DNA of 63,836 nt, counting the filler, from Dicyema japonicum (lineage: Eukaryota; Animalia; Dicyemida), in the NCBI GenBank assembly GCA_011109175.1. It is 6 parts of 6 records of this genome, joined end to end, with 100 filler letters (N's around TTAATTAATTAA, not from the genome) between each part and the next. Parts side by side here need not be neighbours in the genome. Positions count along the whole stretch, not along the records: positions 30,578 to 59,258 come from RDEW01000080.1; positions 59,359 to 62,706 come from RDEW01000121.1; 4 more parts are not named here. One strand, written 5' to 3'. Positions 50,287 to 62,706 of this stretch are shown piece by piece. How positions within the stretch are numbered: position 1 is the stretch's first letter; each line of letters opens with the position of its first letter. A program made the position numbers and the translations under genes. Below the pieces are notes generated by a model, which had not been told where the DNA came from, made no database searches, and was given only the letters and a program-made list of their open reading frames with translations.

Positions 50287-51710
50287 TGTGACCGGTTGAA
50301 TACGAGCCCAGGTTGAATACGAGCCGTTAAAAGTTGTTAGAAATTAATAATTTTTTTAATGAAAAATAAATCAATGAATTAATTAATTCCTATCTTTATA
50401 ATTATTAGTAATTTTAATAATTTAAATTTCTCACAAATTTTCATTTTTTAACGGCTAACATCAGATAGAATAGTAATAGATTTTTGCTCACGCTTGTTTT
50501 TGTTTTTTGTTATTAAGGTTGTCTACTTTACTCTGCTACAAAAGCAAGAAATAATAACCTATCTGAGATACCAAATTTTACCATCCAATTTGCTGAAGGA
50601 GAAACGAAATTTTATAAGAACTGCGTCATTATTCAGACTAAATAAAGAGTAAATCGGCTACGGAGGTGTCAAGTGCAATAAAGAGCATAATTTTAATGTT
50701 TGGAAAACCAACTATTTTGCATACGGACAATGGCAAGGAGTTTGTAAATGAAAAAATGTTCGAGTTATGCTCAACATTTGGTATAAAACACGTCAGGGGA
50801 CGTCCTAGGTGTCCTTGGGTGCAGGGACAAGTCGANATTGTGTTGGAAATCATTTGGACTCTTACTGTAATCAGCCAATCAGCATCGACGCGCTTGTTTG
50901 CTTTCGGGGGTTTTCCCTGAGAGCGGAGCTTGGCTAAACGCCATCCCAAATGGACCTCTGGGCACGTTTCTGGATAATGAATGCGTTAGAAGTGGTATCT
51001 CTCTGCGGCTGGGACTGAAAGTATGTGCACCTCACCCGTGCCGATGTGGCATCCTGATAATCATTACTCAGAAGAGGAAATGAATGAAATATTCAACCAA
51101 ATTGATTTATGGAATGAAGAAACACAAACTGAAGCAACTGAATATCTTCTGAACCGGTCACATTTAATGCGTCCCGAAAATAATCAAGAAAAGTCATATA
51201 GTGTCGTTTTTCTGTTTAGTAGAAATTTTAATTCAATGAAATTTATATTATCAATAATTAAAATAATGTAAATTATATTTTTTTAATGTTGTGGATAATT
51301 TGACTAGTTTAAAACAAACTTTGTTCAGATATAAAACTTCATTTTTTCAAAAATTTAAGGTTCAATCATTAATACGGGATGATTGCNACGGTCACATTTA
51401 ATGCGTCCCGAAAATAATCAGGAAAAGTCATATAGTGTCGTTTTTCTGTTTAGTAGAAATTTTAATTCAATGAAATTTATATTATCAATAATTAAAATGA
51501 TGTAAATTATATTTTTTTAATGTTGTGGATAATTTGACTAGTTTAAAACAAACTTTGTTCAGATATAAAACTTCATTTTTTCAAAAATTTAAGGTTCAAT
51601 CATTAATACGGGATGATTGCCATTTTGTTTGATTGGCTGTTTAAATCGGTACATTGAATATCGATATTTAACGGCTCGTATTCAACCGTATCTCATTCTG
51701 ATAGGTCACA
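50287..51710 (+). mobile_element. Ginger-type deletion derivative with TGTGACC...GGTCACA termini
   Basis: Both ends carry TGTGACC plus subterminal GGTTGAATACGAGCC(GTTAAA); internal integrase remnant FGKPTILHTDNGKEF...RGRPRCPWVQGQVE; a CRE fragment lies inside at about 50890-51055. Confidence 0.8.
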
Positions 51711-52289
51711 ATAAATAATATTTTATTGTTAAAAAAATGACCCTTCCCTGTACATGAATTTAAAGGCAAAAAATTGCTCTATAAACAATTATTTATTTAA
51801 AATATGGCTTTTATTAATTGTTGATGGCGATAATTTCTGCCATCGATCCGATTAGCTAGATTCCAACACTGTTACATAGTTAATCGAAGGATTCCTTTCT
51901 GCTTTGCTTTTTTCAATTCCTATGACCCGTAAATGGATCTACTTGATTAAAAAACGCTCAGAACCTTGTTGGCTACAAAAGTATCTCTTTTTCCCCAATC
52001 CGTTAGAGGGGTTTCCAAAATGGGGACATGGATGGAGGTAATTTTCAGAAAGCACGTATTAAGTAAAAAGAAAAGTGGAACTGGGTATACTTTGATTAGG
52101 CGTTAATTTATCCTTAACCTTTTTCCTGGCGTTTTCAGTGTTCCTAAATGTCGCACGCCATCGCGTCCGGTCGTGCCATAATGTCCTGGCAAATTCTTAA
52201 GTTTGAACAATGTTTAGTCACTAAGTAAAAAATCGATTTTAAGATTTTTGAATAATATTCGAAAAAAATGATTAATTTTTTAAGTAAAT

Positions 52290-52928
52290 TTAAAAAATTT
52301 GTGGTGTTGTGGTGTATTGGCCGTTCTACTTTTTGGATTGAACATGACAATGGAAAAGGATCCGAAACCCAAAGAGCATATTTCTCGCACGTCTATCCCC
52401 TGCATTATCTGTGGAGAGGCAAACAAGAGGAAATATAGTATCCAATGTTGCCCAAATTTTGGACACCTTAGGTGCAACAAGCTGACAAGACGGACTGCTC
52501 AGTGTCTTCCAAGTTGGTCATGCCCCACATGCCTTGGGAACTCCACAAGGCAAGAGGAACCGCTCTCTGGCTTAGTCCTGGACCTATCTAACACGGACGA
52601 ATGTTTACGCCGCCTGAACCTGCTTGTATCAGAGAGGGTTATCCCACTCAGAATCCCAAAGTCGGTGTCTCTCAAAACTAATCACCAAAGCAGTCAGTGA
52701 CAACACCCAAGAAGCTTGGATGCGCCTTCTCTGCTTTGCACCTCTTGTCCTCGGATCACATCCGACCGAACTGAAGGAACGGAATGTCAAGTCAATCATC
52801 AAAAGGAACGTTTCTAAATACGAAAGTATCAACCTGGCGGATACACTGGAAAGCATTTCGACTGCTGTTGACTTACCCTCTTCATCCAGAACCAAGAAAA
52901 GGGATCTTCGCAGAGAAATAAACAAGAA
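52290..52928 (+). mobile_element. 5' end of a second PHD-bearing CRE-type family (runs into gap)
   Basis: CIICG...CCPNFGHLRC...WSCPTC (52401-52532), then RIPKSV...QEAWMRLLCFAP..LG...IIKRN, homologous to 42590-42750. Confidence 0.8.
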
Positions 52929-53571
52929 NNNNNNNNNNNNNNNNNNNNNNNNNNNNNNNNNNNNNNNNNNNNNNNNNNNNNNNNNNNNNNNNNNNNNNNN
53001 NNNNNNNNNNNNNNNNNNNNNNNNNNNNNNNNNNNNNNNNNCTTTGTTTTTACTTCTACGTGGTTTTGGTGGTTGTATGTTTACTTGCTTATTGAAGAGG
53101 AAATTTACTATTATTTGTGTTATTGATAAATAAGGCGGGAGATTTTGTTATTTGCTCTTTTTTTTTAATTTATATTATATTTGTTTTTGATATTTGCATT
53201 TCTTTATTTATTAAAACGGGATATTTTATCAAATTGTGTATTATTTACTTTTTAAAGCGGGAAAATTCTTAAATATTTTTGTTATTTGCTCTTTTATTTA
53301 AAATTTATGTTATATTTGTTTTTGATATTTGTACTTTTTTATTTTTTAAAACGGGATATTTTATCAAATTGTGTATATATCCTTTTTAAAGCGGGAAAAT
53401 TCTTAAATATTTTCACATTGTTTATTAATCGGGCAATTCTGTCATTATTAATATTATTATCTCCTTAATGATAACCTCACACCTGTATTATTCCTCATAA
53501 CTCCAACTACCATAATATCCTTACTATTTATGTTTAGAACTAATAATATCATATATTGACTTTCTGACAAA

Positions 53572-55120
53572 TTGTGGATATTTGGAACGTTCTATCACAT
53601 CATACAATGTCTATTAGAGTTCAACACCAAGACACCATCCTCTCTTTCATGGTCACTCACTTCTCAACTTTTGAATCATTTTGACCTCTTTTTCCAGTCT
53701 GGACAACCGCTAATTGGGCAACAGGACTCTAATGGATGGGACAAGTTTGACCTGTCACAAAAGTCTCGACAAGATCCCATCCAGGAGAACCTCCCATTCG
53801 ACCGTGATGACATAACCGGAATAAATTGTGGATTTACCTCGAAAGACTGAGAGATTACAATCACTGGCTGCCTCTCAGAGACCAAGACCTTATTGATGAG
53901 TGTGAGGACGTCGACAGGCTCTGTTCTTTCAGTGATGTCCAGACCGTCCTATGTCATATCGAAGAAACTGAGTACTTGACCAGTCTGGCCACTTGGCTGC
54001 CAATACTGTACTTCGATGTCCCCGATTCTCAACCGAATTGAATTTTTCCATTAACAACGACGACTTTGAACGGATGTTCTTTTACAAACTTGTTCACCAC
54101 TTCGGAATCACCCCAGAAGGAGTCAATGGGTCTCTCCAGTTTGTCACGAACATGGCTGAATCCCTGGAAGTCTTTAACGTGGACTTGGTTACCTCCCTTT
54201 ATAAGAATAATCTTATAAGGGAATTTATTTTGACTGAAAAATTTGGTTGTACTCAGTGACTCAGGGATTCTCCCAACCAGATAGATTGGGCTTCCTCATA
54301 AAAACTCAGAAAGTGACCCAGCTATACGACTTCCTTGCCAAATTCATAGAACTGGAACTTGGCTTCTCGTCATTCTTTTTCACTCAGAACAACGCCATTC
54401 TTCAGAGAAAATGCAACAAATTTGCTACCTCAGAGCCTACGTCAGCAGAAGTCGATGCTTTGAAGGCACTTTGCATTGTCTCCTTCGTGTGGAAATATCG
54501 AGGAAAACTTTTCTGCTAACCTATTAGACAGGAATACTTCCATTTCCGTTAAAAATATCATCAGTGACGGTATTTCCTCCACGACCAATCTTCATGCTTC
54601 TAAATTGTTTTCAAAAATCCCAGAAGGTCATGGAAATTCTTCAATTTGTCACCACAGATCATAATAATGCACATTTTGTACGAACTCGAGGCTCTGAATG
54701 CCTCTGGTTTGTTTTGTTTACCAACATTTAGTCCTCCCCCAACGGATTGGACTCATCAACAGAATACGCAAGCTGTACAACGATTTTTGTGTTTTGCCTG
54801 AGTCTGGGTCATTTTACCTTATTTGGCGACTTTTTTTGAAGTTTGAGGTAACTTTGATGTTGAATTGTTTAGAATGAGTTTGGTACGAAGAATGACCTTG
54901 ATTCTGTGTATTTCCGAGGTATTCAGATTTGTCCATGGTGTAAGGTTTGGTTGGTTATTGAGTAAAGGATTTGTATATGGATTATATGGTGTATTCACCT
55001 GGGAATCTGGATGAGGTTGTAAGTGTGATGGTGGACAAGGGAATTCGTGTTAGGGTCCCAATTGAGGAGATTGAATTACTCATTGGAATTGAAATGAGGA
55101 AAATTGAATTGGACTATTAA
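53572..55120 (+). pseudogene. NRDE2: NRDE2 (nuclear RNAi / splicing-associated factor) homolog; frameshifted 5' part, cleanly spliceable 3' part
   Basis: FFQSGQPLIGQQDSNGW and WIYLERLRDYNHWLP...ECEDVDRLCSFSDV match recalled NRDE2 motifs; the C-terminus GLINRIRKLY...IWRLFLKFE|...RGIQICPWCK|DLYMD...MVDKGIRVRVPIEEIELL matches CPWAK.LY.D...EKELRVRLPLEELELL. Introns at 54707-54731, 54848-54872 and 54945-54967; three or more frameshifts from 53820 onward that cannot be explained as introns. Confidence 0.85.
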
Positions 55121-56393
55121 TATGTATTTTATATTTTAAATCTTTTTTATTGTTTTTTAATTTGTCTTTGTATATTAGTTGGTCTGTGATTATTCAGTCA
55201 ACTCACAATTGTAACAACATTCTCATTAAAGATAAAGTCGTAGCGATATTTATGGGGAACTACGTTTTATTAAAAATTCTGCCAGGAGGCCTGGATTCGT
55301 TCGCATTTTATCCACTCTAGCTTCAAAGCCTCGTTTGGACGTACGTGTCATCCACTCTGGTCCTCAGAAGAAATCACTTGATCCGTTCCACTACCATCCT
55401 CGGAAACTGGGGACTGAATGTCCTTAATTAGCTGTTTACTGATAATTTTTTTCAGTTTGTTTGAGGTTAATTAAATTAATTATTAAATAGGTTTTGTAAA
55501 TAATGGCAATAACCTTACTTTTAACTGAAATATCTTGAATTCGACATTTTTACCCGCATCACTAACATCCTAAAATTAGCACATTGAGTCAACGATTGAC
55601 TTTGTCCATGAGTACTAGAAGTGCGATGAAACCGAACACGTCCCATAAACTCAATTATACATACTCCCTTATATTTCTGATTGAAGATTCTAACCTAGCT
55701 ATTCTAACAACTCTCGTCAATGTACTCAATTTAATCTAACAGCCACAAGGAACTACTATACATTCAATATCATCCGATAATACAAGCAAAGAAAATATGA
55801 CTAAATATGAATTTGAAGTCTCCTCAGTTAATTCTCAAAAATATACCAAAAAATGATAGGGAGGGACTTTAATCACCAAATTATTGGAAGGTTTATTCCC
55901 AGAAATAAAAGTCTACCACTATAATATGTTGTGTGAGAATAGGTTGTGATGTCTTTCGACATTATTAGAATGAAGAGTCTCGTTCATCTTAATTAGGAAT
56001 GACAAGACTCCCACCTGATTCGCTCCAAGAGCCTTTTTTTTAATTTATTATTGTGAGACCCAGGTTAATCTTCGATCCTTTCTTCAACTATGTTTAGCTT
56101 TGTTGACAATGATGATGTCCCCCTTCTCAGCTTTTATCATACAGGTTCACTATGATCTTCAGTATTGGAGATCTCAAGTCCTCATAATACTTTATGTGTT
56201 CTGATAATTTCAAACAATTGCAACTACTTGTAAATCCAAGTCTTCATTGGTTGGGACCAATGACCACATGAGTAGTAATATGTATTCACTAGGAAAAAAG
56301 CTGAGGATTTATTATCTACAATTATTTTGGTTTCATCATGCTGAATTTTTATCACCCCTTCCCCCAGGAGTAATAATTCGTCCATTGCTTGAC

Positions 56394-56430
56394 TAGTGGT
56401 TCTCAACCGCGGTACTTAGGTGCGGCTCGT
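56394..56430. mobile_element. hAT-type terminus
   Basis: TAGTGGTTCTCAACC matches the Buster TIR pattern (CAGTGGTTCTCAACC). Confidence 0.45.
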
Positions 56431-57229
56431 TTAAAATTATTAAAATTTTACATATTTTAATATCTGAAAAACTTGTTAAATTATTTAAGAAAATTATTCA
56501 TTAAACCTCGAATGGGAGGAAAAATTCTTCGTTTTTAAAGACAACCTGATTTGTCATTTTATTATGTTTTAAGTCATATAATGTCAAGAGGCACTATACG
56601 AATCATTCATCAAAATATGAATTTTTTAAGAAGAATCAAGAAAAATCAACATGATGACGTAAATCACATTCAGATCAGTCGCTGTAATAATCTCTCAGTA
56701 AATTAACGAAAAGCATCGATGTGAGAATTTGCTGCCACATGGTAAAATATTGAAATATTTTTTACCAAAAGGTTATACTGGCTTTTTAATTATAGGGTTG
56801 TCACGTTCATTTTTGTATGACACAGAAGAACATACTGACTATGGAATTTCGGGTACATTCTTCATCTCAGAGACTGCCAGTTTGAATTTGAGTCAAAACC
56901 AGAAGGTCTTTTGCAGTCGCTTATGAGTTGAATGCGTTCTGATCCTATTGGAACTGATTTTGGCTGACGATTGTTTAGAATTCCTACGGACAAAGCGACA
57001 TTTTGGTTAATTGATGGGAAACATATGTTATTCGATTTCCTTTGAAGTCTGTGTCACGTTGCTTCATCGTTGTTATGATTTTGTCAAGTCTTCCTACAAT
57101 GTCAAATATGTGTAAGGGCAGTCAAGAGACCACGTTAGTGGGTTCTTCTTGGATTAATGTAATACAGACTGTTGAATTTCAACTCCCATGCGAAGCAAAT
57201 CTTCACCAAAGGCCACCAGAAGAATAATT

Positions 57230-57790
57230 CTCTACGTACACTTGTTCAGAGGACCGTTTTAAATTTGCGCTGGCTGAAGAGTATGCCTATGTTTTGAGAA
57301 GATATACGCTATCGGAGANCTTTGGTGCACAAATCAACTATTGGACCAAAGAGGTTCTACTGTATTAGACATCATTGACGACTTGGTAATCCTTAACAAC
57401 AGGAATAAACACACAAGAACTCCTTCAAGAAATGGTGACTCTCCAACCTCACCAGATCTGACTATTGCCGCCCCAATTGCTTCGACTATTACATGGGACA
57501 TTTCTACGATTTGTTCACAGATCATAATCCAATACAATTGAACATCCTGGGAAAACACAAGATTAATGTAGCTCGCAATACTTTCATCAACTTCTCACAT
57601 GCGAATTGCCTTGAGTACATGATTTTTATTGAAGACTCCCTATCCTCTTTCCGAATAGAGAACTTTTCCTCGATAGATTCGGCCGTTTGATTTATTAATA
57701 AAAAGATTTTGCAAGTCCGAAAAAAGTTTATTCCTTTTATTCCAATAGACCATCAATGACAATAAATTTCCCGGATTTTTTCATGATTTT
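57230..57790 (+). mobile_element. LINE AP-endonuclease fragment
   Basis: DLVILN...TR.PSRNGDSPTSPDLT, TDHNPI. Confidence 0.7.
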
Positions 57791-60700
57791 GTATTTCGCT
57801 TGTTTTGAAGATCACCATTTACACTGCTCACTATGGATTGATATTCCATAATATTTTTGACAAAGTTTATTATTATCAAATAAAGAAATAAACATTTTTA
57901 GAGCACATGTTGAGTAATAATGAATAACGGCAAAAGATATTTGTATGCGAATGGATGTTATTCCTTGACGAATGGTCCTCATAGGTCAAATTAATTGAAT
58001 AATTTTCAAGATATCATTTTAATTTAGTTTTCAATTTAACAAATAAAAATTAATTTTTTTTAATTTAAAAAAATTTTTCAACAATTAAACAAATTGAAGA
58101 ATAAAACCAAATAGTTAAAGGCTACTGGTTGCTTTTAGGATTGAGAGCGCATTTCCCCTTACGATCTGTAAGGAGATGCGCTCAATGAGCCAGCTCTTCT
58201 CTCATAACAATTCAAATTAGTATTAATAGTTTATATTAATTTTATACAATAAACTTAATATTTTATATTACTAAAAATTAGAATTTTAATCCAAAAGAAC
58301 AATTTTTATAGATTCAAAAAATTCAAAAAATCGATATTGCAGGTAGCGCATAGTGGCAAGTAGCGCTCGCGACTTATTACAGTCCTCAACCAAGTTTGCA
58401 AGGATCTTATCGCACTTTGCTCGTCATTTGAGATTGGAATGCAAGAACGGGCAAGACTGATAGTGGTGTCTCTAGACTTGCTCACATGATAGAAACAGTA
58501 AGATCCTTCTTAATGAATATATGACTCACTTCAGTGTTTCGACACTGCGAATCTGGACTATCTTCTGGGACTCGCACAAAAACAAAAAGAAAAAAGCGAA
58601 AAGTCAAGAACATTTGCAATGTTACTTTTTTATAATTTATTTATTTTACTTAAAAAATAGAATTAACAAAAAGGTCATGCAGCGGTCGTCCTGACCACGT
58701 GTCTATTCTCTCTAAGGATAACGAGCGAGGTTTGCTCAAATAGCCAGCAGCATCATGGGGATTTATTATTAGTGCAGAAATCCGATTTCCTAGACGACTC
58801 AAGAATTCCAGCGTCGCAGGTGCAAGAAAACTAAGCATTTCAGCAGCGAACGGAAAAACAAAGAATCCTCAGTAGGACCTCGTACTTTGCAAGTTTTTAC
58901 CTCTCGACCTTTTTAAAATAAAGTGTGAGTTCTACCTAAGGTGAGGTTTAAGTAATAAAAACAATTTTTATAGAGCACAAAATGAAGCCATAAGACTTAG
59001 ACAATGTAGATTCTCTTCACAAAATCGCATTTTCGAGGAAAGTGTGAAGGCACCTAACTGAGAGGATACTCAATATTGCTGAGCAATCTTTTCGATTGAA
59101 ATGTGTTAAGTGTTAATCCCCATTTAGTGACGCGGTGTTGAGTTGACTGACTGATTGGTTGAACACTAATTGAATGACCACCGCTTTTTACAAAGAAAAA
59201 AATCATCTACAGCGCTTTTTACGTCAAATAGAAGATTGAATAACTATGCCTCAGGACTNNNNNNNNNNNNNNNNNNNNNNNNNNNNNNNNNNNNNNNNNN
59301 NNTTAATTAATTAANNNNNNNNNNNNNNNNNNNNNNNNNNNNNNNNNNNNNNNNNNNNCATGCACCACTTACGTTTGTTGATGTGGTCGAGTTGTGGTTT
59401 TAGCTCATCGATGGTCCTTATATTAAATTTATTTAAAAAAAACAACAACCGAGGGTCATATAATAGCTTCCCTGACTGCATGGTTGTTCCCTCTTGGGGA
59501 AGCGAGCGAGATTCTCTCATAGTTAACAGCTCTCACTGAGATCTCTTGTTCGTATAAAAATTCGATTCGCTAGACGACCCAGGTATTCCAATGCCGAAGG
59601 TGCAAGTGAACCGGACGCTTAAACCCCGACTTTTATCTTATTACATTGTAGACAAAATATTTAAACTTTTTGTATAGATAAAAATTAAGAATGCAGTCTA
59701 AAGAACACAAGACTCGGTTGGATGGCTTTAATCTAATTTCTTTAACGTCAGGGGATCTCGAAGACATGAATGAGGAAAGCACTGTGCGATGATTTAATGA
59801 AGTACCGCATCTCTGATGGATGCTGTGAACATTGTGGAATCCATAAACTAATTTTCTTCTCCAGTGAATCGAAACATTACGGACAAGGTCTCGCCGTCCA
59901 TGATCACTTGTCCCCGGAATACATCAATCATGGAATGTCAATGACAGGATCAGTATCCTGCAAATCAGGATGAATGANCAGGTATTCCAATGCCGAAGGT
60001 GCAAGTGAACCGGACGCTTAAACCCCGACTTTTATCTTAGTACATTGTAGACAAAATATTTAAACTTTTTGTATAGATAAAAATTAAGAATGCAGTCTAA
60101 AGAACATAAGACTCAGTTGGATGGCTTTAATCTAATTTCTTTAACGTCAGGGGATCTCGAAGACATGGATGAGGAAAGCACTGTGCGATGGTTTAATGAA
60201 GTACCGCATCTCTGATGGATGCTGTGAACATTGTGGAATCCATAAACTAATTTTCTTCTCCAGTGAATCGAGACATTACGGACAAGGTCTCGCCGTCCAT
60301 GACCACTTGTCCCCGGAATACATCAATCATGGAATGTCAATGACAGGATCAGTATCCTGCAAATCAGGATGAATGACATATGCTCTTCCAAAAGCTACAT
60401 GACACTCATTAACTTGTATGCTTTGAATAGTGTCAGATTTTTGAAAAAATCCTGGTGGATGATTTCTACTGCATGATGCCCGTTCTTATGGAGGGTCGAT
60501 GATAAACAGTGACCATAAAATGACTATTGGCAATATCTCCCTAAAGAAATACTACATTAGAAGGTAGAACCCGAACTTAAGAAAAGCACTTTACCATACT
60601 CCTACATACGTGACTGAGAAGCTCTGGTCTCGGCCGCTGCTAGGGATAAAATACCAAAAACATATTGAGAGCTACCTAATACACTACCGACTAGTATGCC

Positions 60701-61099
60701 TACACAAGATCTATGGGACCAGATTAGAAGCATTGTTAGCCTGACGCAAACACCCACATTGGAGTGAGACAACGGACAGCTCGAAACATGTCTCTGGGTC
60801 ACCCAGACTCGTTATTACTGTCAAACAAACAACGAGAAATATAGGTACAGTCTACATACGAGGGACAAGCAGATCAGAAATAAACTTTGAGTCAACGAAA
60901 TATTATCAAGAAAATAATTATGAAGCTTAATAATGCACATCTAAAGGACGTCTTATTATCACACCTGAGAGTTGGAACAACTAAAGGACAGTGCACAAAT
61001 GTACGCTGCAGTCCGACTGATGCTAGGAAAAAAAGCGACAGTACATGTTATGGATGGGAAGGGGAAACTTATCTCAAAATCAGACTAACAGATCGAATG

Positions 61100-61430
61100 A
61101 TTATTATTATTTAAGCACTTCACGAGAGCCACACTAATTATACGCATGTGCAGTAAAAAAACAAGGTTGGATGTCATCCTTTTCCATGCGCCCCTGTNTT
61201 ATCTTTGTCCTGAAACAGCCATCCTTGCTACTCCAGATCTGATTCAGTTTAATCATCTGGCCATCCGTCTATTGATTTCCGAGACACAACCATCATCCCT
61301 AGTTATCACACTACCCAGAAAGATATTGCTCTCAGCACATTCTATTTCTTTGTTATTGACGATAACTCTCATTCTTCCAGATAGTGAAGTTGCCATTATT
61401 TGCAGGATAGGAATTTGTTAATGGTCAACG
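61100..61430 (-). mobile_element. RTE-like RT C-terminal fragment with microsatellite tail
   Basis: YL.GSVITRDDGCVSEINRRM...QIWSSK; ends TGGCTCTCGTGAAG...(TAA)n. Confidence 0.6.
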
Positions 61431-61434
61431 TAAT

Positions 61435-61660
61435 CAGTGTAACCACGTAAAAGTATGACGATGACCGTTGATCATTTATCTACACAAAGCGAGAGCATTC
61501 TGTACCATTATTACACAAAAAGACATAACGGGGTGATAAGGTTCGTCCATCTTTTGCTCTGCACCAAGTATGGCTTGAGGCGGTCCAAAAAGTTACGAAC
61601 CCATCGAGTTCAATCGGTGTGAGAGAATTCGAAGGTGTGAATTAAGGTGAAGAAAAGCCA
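61435..61660 (+). mobile_element. R4/Dong-like RLE retrotransposon fragment (zinc knuckle to RLE linker)
   Basis: TVDHLST...RHNGVIRFVHLLLCTKYGLRRSKKLRTHRVQSV.EN. Confidence 0.7.
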
Positions 61661-61781
61661 CGCGTACCATTCTTTTCGATAGTGTGTCCGTGTTTATCTT
61701 TTTATTCTATTACTCCTCTGTTTACTTAATTATTACACATTTAAAAATAGTTTAGAAATGATTCAATCAGAAAATTTAAAT

Positions 61782-62206
61782 TTAAAGTTCATAGTCCATA
61801 TTAATTTCATCTTTGCTAAATTTTGCATAAATTGAACTCCTAATATTATCCATCGCTTCAACGATCTCAGTCACTTGTTGTCGAGCAGAATTCGAAGCCT
61901 CTTCACACTCTTTCTTAGCTTGATTAAGAAACTCCAATGCCTGATCGTATTTTTTGTAATAGAAGGTTCCTCCAATATTATAAAGTATATTTTCCCCCTC
62001 TTCCATCATCATTAAATTCATTTCAGCAGTATCAATCTTCTCAAATTCTGCCTGAAAATATTATTTTATAATAACTTCGTATTCAAGTATATTCTGCTTA
62101 AGTGTCTGATATTTTGTATGTTGACGAACAAATTCGTTTATTGATTTCTGGTCTGCATATGAAAAATTTGATTGAGCCTATTAATAATATTAAGAAAATT
62201 CACCAT
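61782..62206 (-). CDS. PFDN4: Prefoldin subunit 4 (124 aa, three exons)
   Basis: Exons 62206-62204, 62177-62076 and 62051-61782; phase-0 introns of 26 and 24 nt. MAQSNFSYADQKSINEFVR...LKQNILEYE|AEFEKIDTAE...YNIGGTF...IYAKFSKDEINMD matches recalled TFEDQQKINKF...YQIGDVF...LYAKFGSNINLE. Confidence 0.92.
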
Positions 62207-62329
62207 AAGAAGCTAACAAACAGAACAGCAATTTAACTAAAGTTTAAAAATATTTTGCATTTAATAATAAATTAGCTAATAATATTAGTTCAATTGTTTA
62301 AACCGATAATTACATTTAAAAATTAACAT

Positions 62330-62706
62330 CGTATATCCGAATACAAATGCAGGAGCAGGCCCCTAAGCCGAGATATCACTGACGCCAGATGGAGACTGTT
62401 TGGGCATATTCTGCGTATGGATCTCGCTGCCCCAGCCAACGTGGCGATGGAGGATTATTTCATGTTCGAAGGGGAATGCTTTCGTGGTCGACCAAGGATG
62501 ACGCTACCGGTCGCATTGCTCGCTGCCCCAGCCAACGTGGCGATGGAGGATTATTTCATGTTCGAAGGGGAATGCTTTCGTGGTCGACCAAGGATGACGC
62601 TACCGGTCGCATTGCACAATGACCTCCAAAAAGTGAGGAAGTGTCTAAAGTCGGGTGAGGATCTGGACGCACTAAGATCAACTGCTCATGACCGTGGAAA
62701 ATGGAA
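62330..62706 (+). mobile_element. RTE-type 3' fragment with an about 100-bp duplication
   Basis: RWRLFGHILRMDLAAPANVAMEDYF...GRPRMTLPVALHNDL. Confidence 0.8.

Noticed and set aside
59770-60372. Duplicated 67-aa Cys/His ORF suggesting a metal-binding tandem gene pair
   Set aside because: The duplicate straddles a single N (59978) and has no family support; probably an uncollapsed haplotype or repeat.
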